Of a stretch of DNA of 45,086 bases, positions 1 through 9,332 are shown in pieces; within the stretch, counting starts at the first letter, position 1; the number at the start of each line of letters is the position of its first letter. The notes under the pieces are model-generated. The model searched no databases and was not told the DNA's origin. It worked only from the letters and a program-made list of their open reading frames with translations. Source of the stretch: Bacteroidota bacterium (GTDB taxonomy: Bacteria; Bacteroidota; Ignavibacteria; SZUA-365); assembly GCA_016928515.1 (NCBI GenBank), contig JAFGKR010000033.1, forward strand, positions 1-45,086, given 5' to 3'. The translations under genes were made by a program, and so were the position numbers.

Positions 1-26
1 GATCCAACATTTCTGTTGTAACTCAC

Positions 27-506
27 ATGCATGAATTCACCACTCCCGTTGCACAGCAGACCATCCAGGCGATTCTCGCTCCGGCCCTGATGATCTCAGC
101 CTGCGGCCTGCTGCTTCTCGGACTCAACAACCGTTATGCGACGGTCATCAGCCGCATACGGTTACTCAACGACGAGAAACGCCGCAAGCTTGCCGATCCG
201 GACGGCATCGACCGCGAGTACGTCGATGCCCTTCGCTTCGAGAGCGTCATGCGGCAGATTCCTTCGTTGATTTCCCGTGTCAACTATCTCCGGAGAGCTC
301 TGATTTTTCTCTGGATCGGAGTCATCAGCTATCTGCTTTCCTCCCTGTTGCTCGGAGCGGGTCTCTTTCTCGGTGCCATCGCCCCCACGCTCGCTGTCTG
401 GGTGTTCATGGCCGGACTGCTATCCGCTGCCGTCGGCGTTGTTTTCGCCCTGCTCGATATCGCCATGGCGTATCGTGTGTTGAAGCTGGAAGTGGATATC
501 TACTGA
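27..506 (+). CDS. small membrane protein, DUF2721-like
   Basis: ATG ORF of 159 aa. Hydrophobic segments (ILAPALMISACGLLLLGL; C-terminal LFLGAIAPTLAVWVFMAGLLSAAVGVVFALL) flank a charged RIRLLNDEKRRK stretch. Family name recalled from memory, not searched. Confidence 0.6.
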   Translation: MHEFTTPVAQQTIQAILAPALMISACGLLLLGLNNRYATVISRIRLLNDEKRRKLADPDGIDREYVDALRFESVMRQIPSLISRVNYLRRALIFLWIGVISYLLSSLLLGAGLFLGAIAPTLAVWVFMAGLLSAAVGVVFALLDIAMAYRVLKLEVDIY

Positions 507-601
507 GAAACAGCGGATTTCCGGAACGCCGGCAAGCACTCATGTGTCAGAAACCTGCAAATGGTGAGTCACTGGCTCAACGCATGCATTGAACACTGTT
601 C

Positions 602-2443
602 CTACAGCGTCAGGTTTGCATTCCGCCGGACTCCGTCGGCGTCGAAACGGCAGAAATACACCCCGCGAGGCACGGCATCTCCTTGCCAATTGGAGCCGTT
701 CCACTCAACGAGATACCTTCCAACCGGCAGCCAGCGGTTCATCAACGTATGAACCAGCTCACCATTGGTGGTGTAGATCTCCAGAATGCCCCAACAGGGC
801 TGCTGCACTTCGATCGTGATGTTGATAATACCGTCTCCGTTTCTTTCCGTGCCGGTGATGATCGCTTTTGCGGCCTGCGCGTTGTTCCTGGCGATCAGTG
901 CGTTCGATTCAGGCTCGACGAAGCCGGAGCCTTCCGTGACAGCCCGCACTCGCGCATACTCCGAGGTGTTATTCTCCCGGTCGATTGCGATCACCGTGAC
1001 GCTGTCTCCCGGCAGCAATCCCCCGGTGGTCGAATACGTCCAGTTCCCGCCACCATCGGGAAAGACCTTTCCGAGAAAAAGGGATCCCCGGAGTTCTGTC
1101 GCGGGTCCCGGATGATATTTGAATACCTCCACGGCAACGTGTGTCGGATCAGCGCTGATACCGACGGTACCGCGGACTGTTACGGCACCACGGAGCAATT
1201 CCGCTGAGAGAATGACAGGTGCGTTGAGCTCCTGATTTGCGCCGCTGTCCTGATCCGTGGCGTCGTTGAGTGAGATGCCGTTGGCACCGAGATCTATGGG
1301 AAGTATCCCGTTATTGAATATGGAATTCTGCGAAAGCAGGTTTCCGTCTGCGTTGCTCTGCGTCGAGGGATGCTCCCACACGACGATCCCGCTTAGACCA
1401 TTCGCGCTGATGATATTGGATGTCACCGTATTTCTGGCGGCGAAACCTCCTGCGCTTTCGTATTCACGGCCACCGATGTTGATCCCGTTGAGTGCGTTCC
1501 CGATTGGATGACCGAGCGGAGAAACACCGATACGGTTTCGTGTCAGAACATTTTCGCGCACGTAGGCGGAACGCTCCATGGCACCAACGAGATGGATGCC
1601 GTCACTGCGATTGCCGGCGATCACATTGCTGCTCACAGTGTTGCTGAAGCTGCCGCCATACACGAGCAGGCCGTCCCTGCCGTTCCCGCGGGCGACGTCA
1701 CCGGAAAGCGTGATCCCGATGTAATTATTGCTGATAGTGTTACCGAAAACGCGACCTCCCTGGCAATCGGCCAGGATGATGCCATCGCCGGCGTTTCCGG
1801 AAATGATATTGGACTCGATGATATTGTCATGTGCATCACCAGGAGCATGCGTGACGCTGCTAATGGTCAGTCCCGCCCATCGACCACTCTGCTCGGCGGT
1901 CCCGTTCGGAAGGGGAATGGTCCCTGACTGATCCAGCCCGATGATACAGTAACGTATCGAGTTTTTCTGAACACCGCCCGCAGCACCCTGGATGCGGATG
2001 CCGTCTTCGCTGAAACGGGTGATGACGAGGCCCTGAATCAGATTATTGGAGGAAAGAATCCAAATGCCCGGGGATCCTGCTGCATGCCGGCCGTCAAGGA
2101 CGATTTGCAGCCGCAGTGTGGATGGCGGTTTTGTCCCCATGGTACTCCCGGTCTGGGACAGGCCGTCGATGATCACGCCCGCGGGATCGGTCAACGGAGG
2201 AAGGGGCGATGTCGGAACGATGGAATGCGGTCCGGAGCCGGGAAGGGCGAAGGTAATGACATCCGCGCCGGGTGTTGCATTCGCCTGCAGGATAGCCCAG
2301 CGCAGTGTGTGCGTCCCTGCATCGGCGGTGCTCTCAACGACGTACTGATTTGCAGAAGCCTGCAGCGCTAGCAGCAGAAAGGCACATACTGCTACGACAG
2401 AAATGGATGCCTGAGCTGGTGTGTGACGAAGAGAACGAAACAT
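602..2443 (-). CDS. secreted parallel beta-helix repeat protein with T9SS C-terminal sorting domain
   Basis: ATG ORF of 613 aa with a signal peptide (VVAVCAFLLLALQASA). Repeated about 22-25-aa Gly/Asn/Ile segments (NIIESNIISGNAGDGIIL, NTVSSNVIAGNRSDGIHL, NTVTSNIISANGLSGIVV) are typical of PbH1 beta-helix repeats. The C-terminal about 80 aa (GILEIYTTNGELVHTL...GRYLVEWNG...PRGVYFCRF) fit the Por/T9SS CTD pattern. Confidence 0.8.
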   Translation of the reverse strand: MFRSLRHTPAQASISVVAVCAFLLLALQASANQYVVESTADAGTHTLRWAILQANATPGADVITFALPGSGPHSIVPTSPLPPLTDPAGVIIDGLSQTGSTMGTKPPSTLRLQIVLDGRHAAGSPGIWILSSNNLIQGLVITRFSEDGIRIQGAAGGVQKNSIRYCIIGLDQSGTIPLPNGTAEQSGRWAGLTISSVTHAPGDAHDNIIESNIISGNAGDGIILADCQGGRVFGNTISNNYIGITLSGDVARGNGRDGLLVYGGSFSNTVSSNVIAGNRSDGIHLVGAMERSAYVRENVLTRNRIGVSPLGHPIGNALNGINIGGREYESAGGFAARNTVTSNIISANGLSGIVVWEHPSTQSNADGNLLSQNSIFNNGILPIDLGANGISLNDATDQDSGANQELNAPVILSAELLRGAVTVRGTVGISADPTHVAVEVFKYHPGPATELRGSLFLGKVFPDGGGNWTYSTTGGLLPGDSVTVIAIDRENNTSEYARVRAVTEGSGFVEPESNALIARNNAQAAKAIITGTERNGDGIINITIEVQQPCWGILEIYTTNGELVHTLMNRWLPVGRYLVEWNGSNWQGDAVPRGVYFCRFDADGVRRNANLTL

Positions 2444-2725
2444 TATCTATACCTCCAGAGCTGTCATGCGATCAAGCTGTGCGGCCCGCTTCATGTGCTA
2501 TGGGCGGCCAACATACGAAAATTGCAACACGCAGTCACGCAGCACCTTCACGAGTAGGGCTCGCGCTGCATTTTTGAGAGTGGAGAGGACAATCCAATTT
2601 AGACAATTTTTTTTGGAATTCAAGTTTGAATGACGGTTCTTGAAGAAATCATTTCCGTAACCGATCATCCGGCACGGTGTCTCTACAGAGGGAACGACGC
2701 CACAATCACAATGGAAACGAACGTC

Positions 2726-3427
2726 ATGTCTCCCCGCTCCCTTCTGATTGCCGTTTTCCTTTTCGCTGCGGGATTCTCCGCCGCAGGACCACACGCAGCT
2801 GCACAGATGCCCTATCGTATCGGTCTACAGGCGGGTGTCACTGCGGAGCGTTCCTCATTCCGCTGGATCGGTGTACCCGGTGAGGCCCTGGCCTCCGAAG
2901 ACCGGCAGAAGGGCTTCTTCGGGTTTCTTGTCGAGTTCCCGCTCGCTGCTGCCTGGCGCATGGAGTTCTCTCCGCATTTCGGACAACGGAACTTCCTGCC
3001 TTCTTCCCTCGGAGAGGGGACCGGGTCCAAACACGCATTTTCCCGGAAAGAAGTCGACTTTCTCGCGCTACCGCTCATTGTCAGGTATCTCTTTTCCACG
3101 CACTCTCTTGTGCGACCGTTCCTTGCGGCAGGACTGGATTTCGGTCTGAACCTGAATCATCCGGGTGTGAAGCTGACGCAGGTCCGTTATCTCGAGGAGC
3201 CACCGCTTTCCATGAGTACGGAGCGGATCGTGTACCTGAATCAACTCTATGGGGCGTCTCTGCTTGAAGCCGGCGTGGACATCCAGGCAGCGGATGCCTG
3301 GTCGGTGTTGCTTGGCGTTCGCTATACACATGAATGGACACCTCTCCTCGATGATCCATCTTTGACCTGGGAAACGCCACATAACTGGAAAGTGCGTTTC
3401 GCTCTACTCTACACCATCGATTTCTGA
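2726..3427 (+). CDS. outer-membrane beta-barrel protein (porin-family fold)
   Basis: Start re-assigned to the internal ATG at 2726 (alternative 2711), giving signal peptide MSPRSLLIAVFLFAAGFSAAGPHAAAQ. Alternating hydrophobic beta-strand pattern and a C-terminal aromatic residue (..LLYTIDF). Confidence 0.6.
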   Translation: MSPRSLLIAVFLFAAGFSAAGPHAAAQMPYRIGLQAGVTAERSSFRWIGVPGEALASEDRQKGFFGFLVEFPLAAAWRMEFSPHFGQRNFLPSSLGEGTGSKHAFSRKEVDFLALPLIVRYLFSTHSLVRPFLAAGLDFGLNLNHPGVKLTQVRYLEEPPLSMSTERIVYLNQLYGASLLEAGVDIQAADAWSVLLGVRYTHEWTPLLDDPSLTWETPHNWKVRFALLYTIDF

Positions 3428-3439
3428 GGATTTTTCCCG

Positions 3440-4120
3440 ATGCGTTACCGGATGGTTCTATTCCTGCTTTGCATGATCACCGTATGTGCTGCCCCACAAC
3501 TCCGTGGGCAGGAGGCGCGCACGCGTGTTGGCGTGCATGCCGGACTGCAGACGAATCTTCAACGGTACACCGTGTTCCCGTACACCGGGGAGTTCCAGAG
3601 TCTGCTCCGGGAGAGCGTCACCATCGGCCTCGTTCTGCGCCACGACTTCGACGAGGTATGGGGAGTGATGCTGGGGGGGAGCATGCAGCGACAGGATTGG
3701 AGTGCCATCCATGACGGCGACCCGCGAATCGAGATTGTACGGCAGGACAGAACATTCATCAGCATCGATGTGCAGCTCTCGCTTCGACCACCGCTGGATT
3801 TCATCCCCTTGTATCTTGCCCTCGGGCCCTCGATCCTTGTATCCACCGACGGTGTGGAAAACCGTCAATACGTTGTGCAATACACGGCGTTCACCGAACG
3901 CAACGGGAGGCAGACAACAGCACGCCACTATACAGAGAAGGCACTGCGCATCGCAGCCACGGTGGATGCTGGTCTCGATCTCCCGCTTACTTCCTGCGTT
4001 TCCCTTGTGCCATCCGTCCGTTTTTTGCATCCGTTCGGCCGGTTGGTGGATACCGAGGATTTCTCGCTCCGAGATTTTTCCTACTGGCGGATGTCACTCG
4101 GTATTCTTGTCGATCTCTGA
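3440..4120 (+). CDS. outer-membrane beta-barrel protein, likely paralogue of the upstream gene
   Basis: 226-aa ORF lying 12 nt after the previous gene. Signal peptide MRYRMVLFLLCMITVCAAPQLRGQ. Shares an N-terminal motif with the neighbour (RVGVHAGLQT versus RIGLQAGVTA) and has alternating strand-like segments. Confidence 0.55.
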   Translation: MRYRMVLFLLCMITVCAAPQLRGQEARTRVGVHAGLQTNLQRYTVFPYTGEFQSLLRESVTIGLVLRHDFDEVWGVMLGGSMQRQDWSAIHDGDPRIEIVRQDRTFISIDVQLSLRPPLDFIPLYLALGPSILVSTDGVENRQYVVQYTAFTERNGRQTTARHYTEKALRIAATVDAGLDLPLTSCVSLVPSVRFLHPFGRLVDTEDFSLRDFSYWRMSLGILVDL

Positions 4121-4164
4121 TTGCCGAAAGAGTCCCGTTTTCGCTATATTCGAGCCACAAGGAC

Positions 4165-5385
4165 GTGTATTCGGCAAGTATGAACGCTTCACCCCTCGAC
4201 ATTCTCACGCGTCTGCTCACCCGGCCTGAGCGCCTGGTCTGTGGCATCATGTCGGGAACATCGGTTGACGCGATCGATGTTGCGCTGCTGCGCATCCGCG
4301 GTGGCGGTTCCTCCACGCATCTCGACCTCCTGCATTTCCGGGAGATTCTCTATGCCGAGGAGCTCCAGAATCGCATCTTCGCCAACACCGAAGTCGCTTC
4401 GAGCAATGTCAACGACATCTGTCTGCTGCATACTGCACTGAGCCACGCCTATGCAGCAGCCGTCCAGGAGACCTGTCGCTCTGCCGGCATCGACCCCGGG
4501 GAGCTGGACTTGATCGGTATGCACGGACAGACACTGCGACATCTACCGGAGACCATGGCGATTGCGGGATTCCGTTTCCGGGCATCATTGCAGATCGGTA
4601 ACGGCCCCATGCTCGCAACGCTGTTGCAGACGCCCGTGGTGTATGACTTCCGCAGCGGTGATCTCGCTCTAGGCGGGCAGGGGGCACCCCTGGTCCCGTA
4701 TGTGGATGTGATGCTTGCGGCATCTACCGAGGAGCATCGGATTCTGCTTAATATCGGTGGGATCGCCAACGTCACCGTGCTACCGCGCGGTTGTGACGTG
4801 ACCGATGTGACTGCCTTCGATACCGGGCCGGGGAATATGCTTGTTGACGGACTCATGCGAAAGTTTTACGGGCGTGAATACGACGAGGACGGCGCGATCG
4901 CGCGTTCAGGTTCGGTCAACGCCGACCTCCTTTCCTGGCTCATGGGTCATGAATACTACCGTACGAAGCCGCCAAAAACCGCCGGTAGGGAGTTGTTCGG
5001 GGAAGACTATCTCAGCGATTTCCTCGGTGTAGCACATGAACTCGCAGTGCTCGACACAAACGATCTTGTTGCAACTGCAGCGGAAGCTACGGTCCGCAGT
5101 ATCAGCCGACAGGTGCAGAGCAGGATAGACGGCTGGGCGTCCTTCGGCCTGTATATCAGTGGTGGCGGAGCGCGCAACCGTTTCTTCGTCGACGGTCTTC
5201 GTCATGCATTGCCGAATGCCCGAGTGGAATCCGCCGCCGCCCTCGGCATCGATCCGGATGCAAAGGAAGCCATGGCGTTCGCGGTGCTCGCGAACGAGTG
5301 GGTACTCGGAAATCCCGCAAATATCCCTTCCGCGACAGGGGCGCAACGCCCTGCCCTTCTCGGTGCTCTCGCACTTCCCGCATAA
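4165..5385 (+). CDS. anmK: anhydro-N-acetylmuramic acid kinase
   Basis: 406 aa. N-terminal GIMSGTSVDAIDVALL motif and overall AnmK-like sequence (..GGIANVTVL.., DTGPGNMLVD, YISGGGARN). The track start 4165 is GTG; an ATG alternative lies at 4180. Confidence 0.9.
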   Translation: MYSASMNASPLDILTRLLTRPERLVCGIMSGTSVDAIDVALLRIRGGGSSTHLDLLHFREILYAEELQNRIFANTEVASSNVNDICLLHTALSHAYAAAVQETCRSAGIDPGELDLIGMHGQTLRHLPETMAIAGFRFRASLQIGNGPMLATLLQTPVVYDFRSGDLALGGQGAPLVPYVDVMLAASTEEHRILLNIGGIANVTVLPRGCDVTDVTAFDTGPGNMLVDGLMRKFYGREYDEDGAIARSGSVNADLLSWLMGHEYYRTKPPKTAGRELFGEDYLSDFLGVAHELAVLDTNDLVATAAEATVRSISRQVQSRIDGWASFGLYISGGGARNRFFVDGLRHALPNARVESAAALGIDPDAKEAMAFAVLANEWVLGNPANIPSATGAQRPALLGALALPA

Positions 5386-5541
5386 TTGTGAGCTTTCGGT
5401 TAGAGATCCCTCCCTCTGAACCCTTTCCCCGTCCCCATTCTTAAAGTTTTACATTAATTTTTTCGAAAGTTAATTCGGTCTATTGCAATCCGTTACGGAT
5501 TTCCTTTAATTTAACTCTTGAAGCCCTTGCACATTCCAGTC

Positions 5542-5570
5542 TTGACATGAAACCGACCAGGGCGTATATT
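5542..5570 (+). promoter_or_regulatory. candidate sigma-70 promoter for nrdJ (TTGACA-17 nt-TATATT)
   Basis: TTGACA at 5542-5547, an exact 17-nt spacer, then TATATT at 5565-5570. Preceded by an AT-rich tract (about 5440-5520) in an otherwise GC-rich window. No experimental support. Confidence 0.4.
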
Positions 5571-5630
5571 CAAATCCACTATTCGGCAACGCCTCTCGCG
5601 TCCGCTCTCAGAGTTTTCAAGACGAAGCTT

Positions 5631-5665
5631 CCCGTGCAGCATGCAATGCGCGGGCGGGGGTTTTT
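5631..5665 (+). promoter_or_regulatory. terminator-like hairpin in the nrdJ leader
   Basis: 8-bp stem (5631-5638 pairs with 5647-5654, one G-U pair) with loop gcatgcaa, followed by CGGGGG and TTTTT (5661-5665). Non-canonical because 6 nt separate the stem from the T-run. Confidence 0.3.
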
Positions 5666-5713
5666 ACGCCGAAAGAGCGAGTGTAAGTACAGGAAATATT
5701 AAACTTAGTTGTA

Positions 5714-5739
5714 CCCTTTTACAGGATGCTGTGAAAGGG
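5714..5739 (+). promoter_or_regulatory. stable hairpin in the nrdJ 5' leader
   Basis: 11-bp stem: cccttttacag (5714-5724), loop gatg, ctgtgaaaggg (5729-5739), with one G-U pair. Lies 40 nt upstream of the nrdJ ATG. Confidence 0.4.
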
Positions 5740-5778
5740 ATTGTCATCTCAACTCTCATATAAAATGTTCTGCACACC

Positions 5779-8700
5779 ATGAAAATCACCCGTCGTTTCA
5801 CCCAACCCGGACAGAGCGCTTTCGACTGTTTCGAATATACCCGCCGCTCTTCCGTTCTCCGCAACCCGGATGGCAGTGTCGTCTTCGAGCTGCATGACAT
5901 CGAGGTCCCGTCGCACTGGTCTCAGATGGCCACCGACATCCTCGCACAGAAATATTTCCGAAAAGCCGGGGTGCCGCAGTATCATGAGAACGGTACGCCG
6001 ATGGTGGACGAAAAAGGGGAACAGATGTATGGTGGTGAGACAAGCATCCGTCAGGTCGTACACCGGATGGTGGGATGCTGGCGTGACTGGGGCGAGCAGT
6101 ACGGCTACTTCGATACGCCCGAGGATGCGCAGAACTATTATGAGGAGATGGCATACACGCTGCTGCGGCAGATGGCAGCCCCGAATTCGCCGCAATGGTT
6201 CAACACCGGGCTGCACTCCGCCTATGGCATAACCGGAAATTCTCAGGGACATTATTATGCCGATCCGGAGACCGGGGAAGTCGTACCGTCGCAGGACGCC
6301 TATAGCCGACCTCAGCCACATGCCTGTTTCATTCAATCGGTGGAGGATGATCTCGTCAATGAGGGTGGCATCTTCGATCTGGTAACGCGCGAGGCACGCA
6401 TCTTCAAGTATGGCTCCGGTACGGGCAGTAATTTCAGTAACCTGCGTGGTCGACAGGAAAGGCTCTCCGGCGGCGGTGTCTCCTCGGGTTTGATGTCCTT
6501 CCTGAAAATCAACGACCGTGCCGCGGGAGCGATCAAATCGGGAGGGACCACCCGTCGCGCCGCGAAGATGGTGGTGCTGGATGTCGATCATCCGGATATC
6601 GAGGAATTCGTCGATTGGAAAATGCTCGAGGAGCAGAAGGTCGCGGCACTTGTGACGGGAAGCCAGATGAACCGGTTGCATCTGAACCGAATCATGCAGG
6701 CAGCTCTCAAGGGCGAATCCACGGATTTCCGGAAGAACAAGGATCTGGAAGCCACCATCATTCAGGCACGCCGCGCCGGTGTGCATGAGAATTACATTTA
6801 TCGCGCACTGCAGCTGGTCGATCAGGGTGAGACGGAACTGGATATCCGTTTGTTTGATACACATTACGAATCCGAGGCCTACCTGACGGTGAGCGGACAG
6901 AATTCCAACAACTCTGTACGCGTCACCAACGACTTCCTGAGCGCTGTCGAAAACGATGGTACATGGCAGCTCTCCTTCCGCACAACCGGGACACTCGCGA
7001 AGACATTGCGCGCACGTGACCTGTGGGACAGGATCTGTTACGCCGCCTGGGCCTCCGCGGACCCCGGAGTCCAGTATGATACGACCATCAACGAGTGGCA
7101 CACCTGTCCGGTCGATGGGCGCATCAACGCGAGCAATCCCTGCTCCGAATACATGTTTCTCGATGATACCGCCTGCAACCTGGCGTCCTTCAATCTCAAG
7201 TATTTCTGGGATGAGTCGAAGCATGAATTCCGTGTCGACGATTTTCGGCATGCCGTGCGACTGTGGACGCTGACACTCGAGATTTCCGTCCTCATGGCGC
7301 AATTCCCGAGCAGGGCGGTCGCGCTGAAAAGCTATCAGTTCCGAACACTCGGCCTCGGGTACGCAAACCTGGGCTCCCTTCTCATGGTGGCGGGCGTTCC
7401 GTACGACAGTGAGAAGGGGCGAGCCATCGCCGGGGGTATCACCGCGCTGATGACGGGTGAGTCCTATGCGGCATCTGCGGAGATCGCCCGGGATCAGGGC
7501 GCGTTCCCGCGATACGATGCGAATCGTGATCACATGCTCCGCGTCATCCGCAATCATCGAAGGGCTGCCTACGCCGCACCGGAAAATGAGTACGAAGGAC
7601 TCACCATCAAGCCGCTGCCTATCGACGAGAATCTGTGTCCGGCAAATCTCGTTCGCGCCGCCCGTGAGGGCTGGGACCGGGCACTCGACTACGGAGAGCA
7701 GTACGGATACCGCAATGCGCAGGTTTCGGTGCTGGCCCCGACCGGAACGATCGGTCTGGTGATGGACTGCGATACCACCGGCGTGGAACCGGACTTTGCC
7801 ATCGTGAAATTCAAGAAGCTCGCGGGCGGTGGGTATTTCAAGATTGTCAACCAGTCCGTTCCGAAAGCGCTCGAATATCTCGGCTACACAACCGAACAAA
7901 TCGACGATATCGAAAAGTACATCAAGGGACATGGGACGCTGGCCGGCTGTCCAGACATTAACAGGGACTCCTTGATGGAGAAGGGTTTCACCTCGGAAGC
8001 CATCGAGAAAATCGAAGCGCAGCTCGATTCGGTTTTTGAAATCCGCATGGCCTTCAACAAGTGGGTACTTGGCGACCATATCTGCAAACGACTGGGATTT
8101 TCCGAGGAGCAGATCGGCGATTCAAATTTCGACATGCTCAAGGCTCTTGGTTTTACTTCGGCTCAGATCGAACGTGCAAACGAATACGTTTGCGGCACGA
8201 TGATGATCGAGGGTGCACCCCATGTCAAAAAGACCGATCTGCCGGTATTTGATACAGCTAACAAATGTGGAAAGCGCGGTGAAAGGTACATCGCCTTCGA
8301 GGGTCACATCCGCATGATGGCTGCCGTTCAGCCGTTCGTCTCGGGAGCCATCTCCAAAACCATCAACATGCCGGCGGATGCGACCATCGCAGACGTCAAG
8401 CGCGCCTACGAAATGTCCTGGAAACTGATGCTCAAAGCGAATGCCATCTACCGTGACGGCAGCAAGCTTTCGCAGCCGCTCAACACGATCAGCGATCCCG
8501 AGGCGGAAGCCCTGGCGGAAATGGGTGACGAGTTTGATTTCGACGAGCAGATCGGTCCGCGACAGGTGCAGGAGAAAATCGTCACGCGCATTGAGCGCAG
8601 AAAGCTCCCTGCCAAACGGCATGGCTTTGTTCGCGAGGCCGTGGTTGGCGGACACAAGGTTTTCCTGCGCACCGGTGAGTACGACGACGGTCAGCTCGGC

Positions 8701-9228
8701 GAGATTTTCATCGACATGTACAAGGAAGGTGCATCGTTCAAGGGGCTGCTCAACTGCTTTGCGGTCCTTGCTTCAAAGGCATTGCAGTACGGGGTCCCAC
8801 TCGACGAATTGGTGGATTCCTTTACGTTTACGCGCTTCGAACCGGCCGGCGTGGTGATCGGCCACGAAGCGATCAAGAATGCGACATCCATACTGGACTA
8901 CGTGTTCCGCGTGTTGGGTTACGAATACCTGGGGCGCATGGATTTTGTGCACGTACGCTCGGTTGACGAGACGCATGAGCAACCGCTTGCAAGCTTCAAC
9001 ACACCGCCGACGCTGACGAAAAAGCGGGAGAATGGCGAACAGAACAACGCCGGCCAGCCTGAACCAGCACTGGTGAAAAGCACGCGCAAGAACAGCGATA
9101 CCGTTCTGCTTGCGCGCGCGCAGGGTTACACCGGTGAAATGTGCGCGTCATGCGGATCATCACGCGTCAAACGGAATGGTGCCTGTACGGTCTGTGAGGA
9201 TTGCGGGACCACCAGCGGATGCTCGTGA
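5779..9228 (+). CDS. nrdJ: adenosylcobalamin-dependent (class II) ribonucleoside-diphosphate/triphosphate reductase
   Basis: 1149 aa. N-terminal ...[31 protein letters not shown]..., catalytic-core motifs (NPCSEY, SNLASFNL-like [16 protein letters not shown]) and a C-terminal Cys-rich tail ([28 protein letters not shown]), all typical of long NrdJ proteins. Confidence 0.95.
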   Translation: MKITRRFTQPGQSAFDCFEYTRRSSVLRNPDGSVVFELHDIEVPSHWSQMATDILAQKYFRKAGVPQYHENGTPMVDEKGEQMYGGETSIRQVVHRMVGCWRDWGEQYGYFDTPEDAQNYYEEMAYTLLRQMAAPNSPQWFNTGLHSAYGITGNSQGHYYADPETGEVVPSQDAYSRPQPHACFIQSVEDDLVNEGGIFDLVTREARIFKYGSGTGSNFSNLRGRQERLSGGGVSSGLMSFLKINDRAAGAIKSGGTTRRAAKMVVLDVDHPDIEEFVDWKMLEEQKVAALVTGSQMNRLHLNRIMQAALKGESTDFRKNKDLEATIIQARRAGVHENYIYRALQLVDQGETELDIRLFDTHYESEAYLTVSGQNSNNSVRVTNDFLSAVENDGTWQLSFRTTGTLAKTLRARDLWDRICYAAWASADPGVQYDTTINEWHTCPVDGRINASNPCSEYMFLDDTACNLASFNLKYFWDESKHEFRVDDFRHAVRLWTLTLEISVLMAQFPSRAVALKSYQFRTLGLGYANLGSLLMVAGVPYDSEKGRAIAGGITALMTGESYAASAEIARDQGAFPRYDANRDHMLRVIRNHRRAAYAAPENEYEGLTIKPLPIDENLCPANLVRAAREGWDRALDYGEQYGYRNAQVSVLAPTGTIGLVMDCDTTGVEPDFAIVKFKKLAGGGYFKIVNQSVPKALEYLGYTTEQIDDIEKYIKGHGTLAGCPDINRDSLMEKGFTSEAIEKIEAQLDSVFEIRMAFNKWVLGDHICKRLGFSEEQIGDSNFDMLKALGFTSAQIERANEYVCGTMMIEGAPHVKKTDLPVFDTANKCGKRGERYIAFEGHIRMMAAVQPFVSGAISKTINMPADATIADVKRAYEMSWKLMLKANAIYRDGSKLSQPLNTISDPEAEALAEMGDEFDFDEQIGPRQVQEKIVTRIERRKLPAKRHGFVREAVVGGHKVFLRTGEYDDGQLGEIFIDMYKEGASFKGLLNCFAVLASKALQYGVPLDELVDSFTFTRFEPAGVVIGHEAIKNATSILDYVFRVLGYEYLGRMDFVHVRSVDETHEQPLASFNTPPTLTKKRENGEQNNAGQPEPALVKSTRKNSDTVLLARAQGYTGEMCASCGSSRVKRNGACTVCEDCGTTSGCS

Positions 9229-9251
9229 TGTGTCACATATAATGCAATACC

Positions 9252-9286
9252 GGCGGTGGGGAACACCCCATCGCCTGTTTTTTTTT
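9252..9286 (+). terminator. rho-independent terminator of nrdJ
   Basis: Stem GGCGGTGGGG (9252-9261), loop aaca, CCCCATCGCC (9266-9275, one G-U pair), then a 9-T run (9278-9286). Confidence 0.85.
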
Positions 9287-9332
9287 CGTAGATTGCTGCC
9301 GACCGATACGCGAATCAGTAAGCGGACTTACC

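Noticed and set aside
507-601. Near-palindrome TCAACGCATGCATTGA between the convergent DUF2721 and T9SS-cargo genes, as a possible terminator.
   Set aside because: It has two mismatches, no loop and no T-run. It is too weak to call as a terminator or operator.
5547-5702. 51-codon ATG ORF (MKPTRAYIQIHYSATPLAS...) inside the nrdJ leader.
   Set aside because: The ATG overlaps the putative -35 element and has no ribosome-binding site. The product is an unstructured, highly basic peptide, so it is more likely non-coding leader RNA.
5386-5778. Cobalamin riboswitch or NrdR boxes upstream of nrdJ.
   Set aside because: I could find neither a B12-box-like core nor paired 16-bp NrdR palindromes by eye. 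A B12 riboswitch would also be unexpected in front of a B12-requiring enzyme. A covariance-model scan is still needed.
5749-8079. 776-aa ORF antisense to nrdJ. Similar long antisense or out-of-frame ORFs occur at 25953-27530, 39412-40722, 40661-41704, 35002-35949, 37151-38266, 29663-30979, 24483-25787, 12679-13473 and 17973-18674.
   Set aside because: These are typical stop-codon-poor shadow frames of GC-rich coding DNA. Their translations are Arg/Gly/His/Pro-rich with no motifs, whereas the opposite or alternative frame in each case carries unmistakable family signatures.
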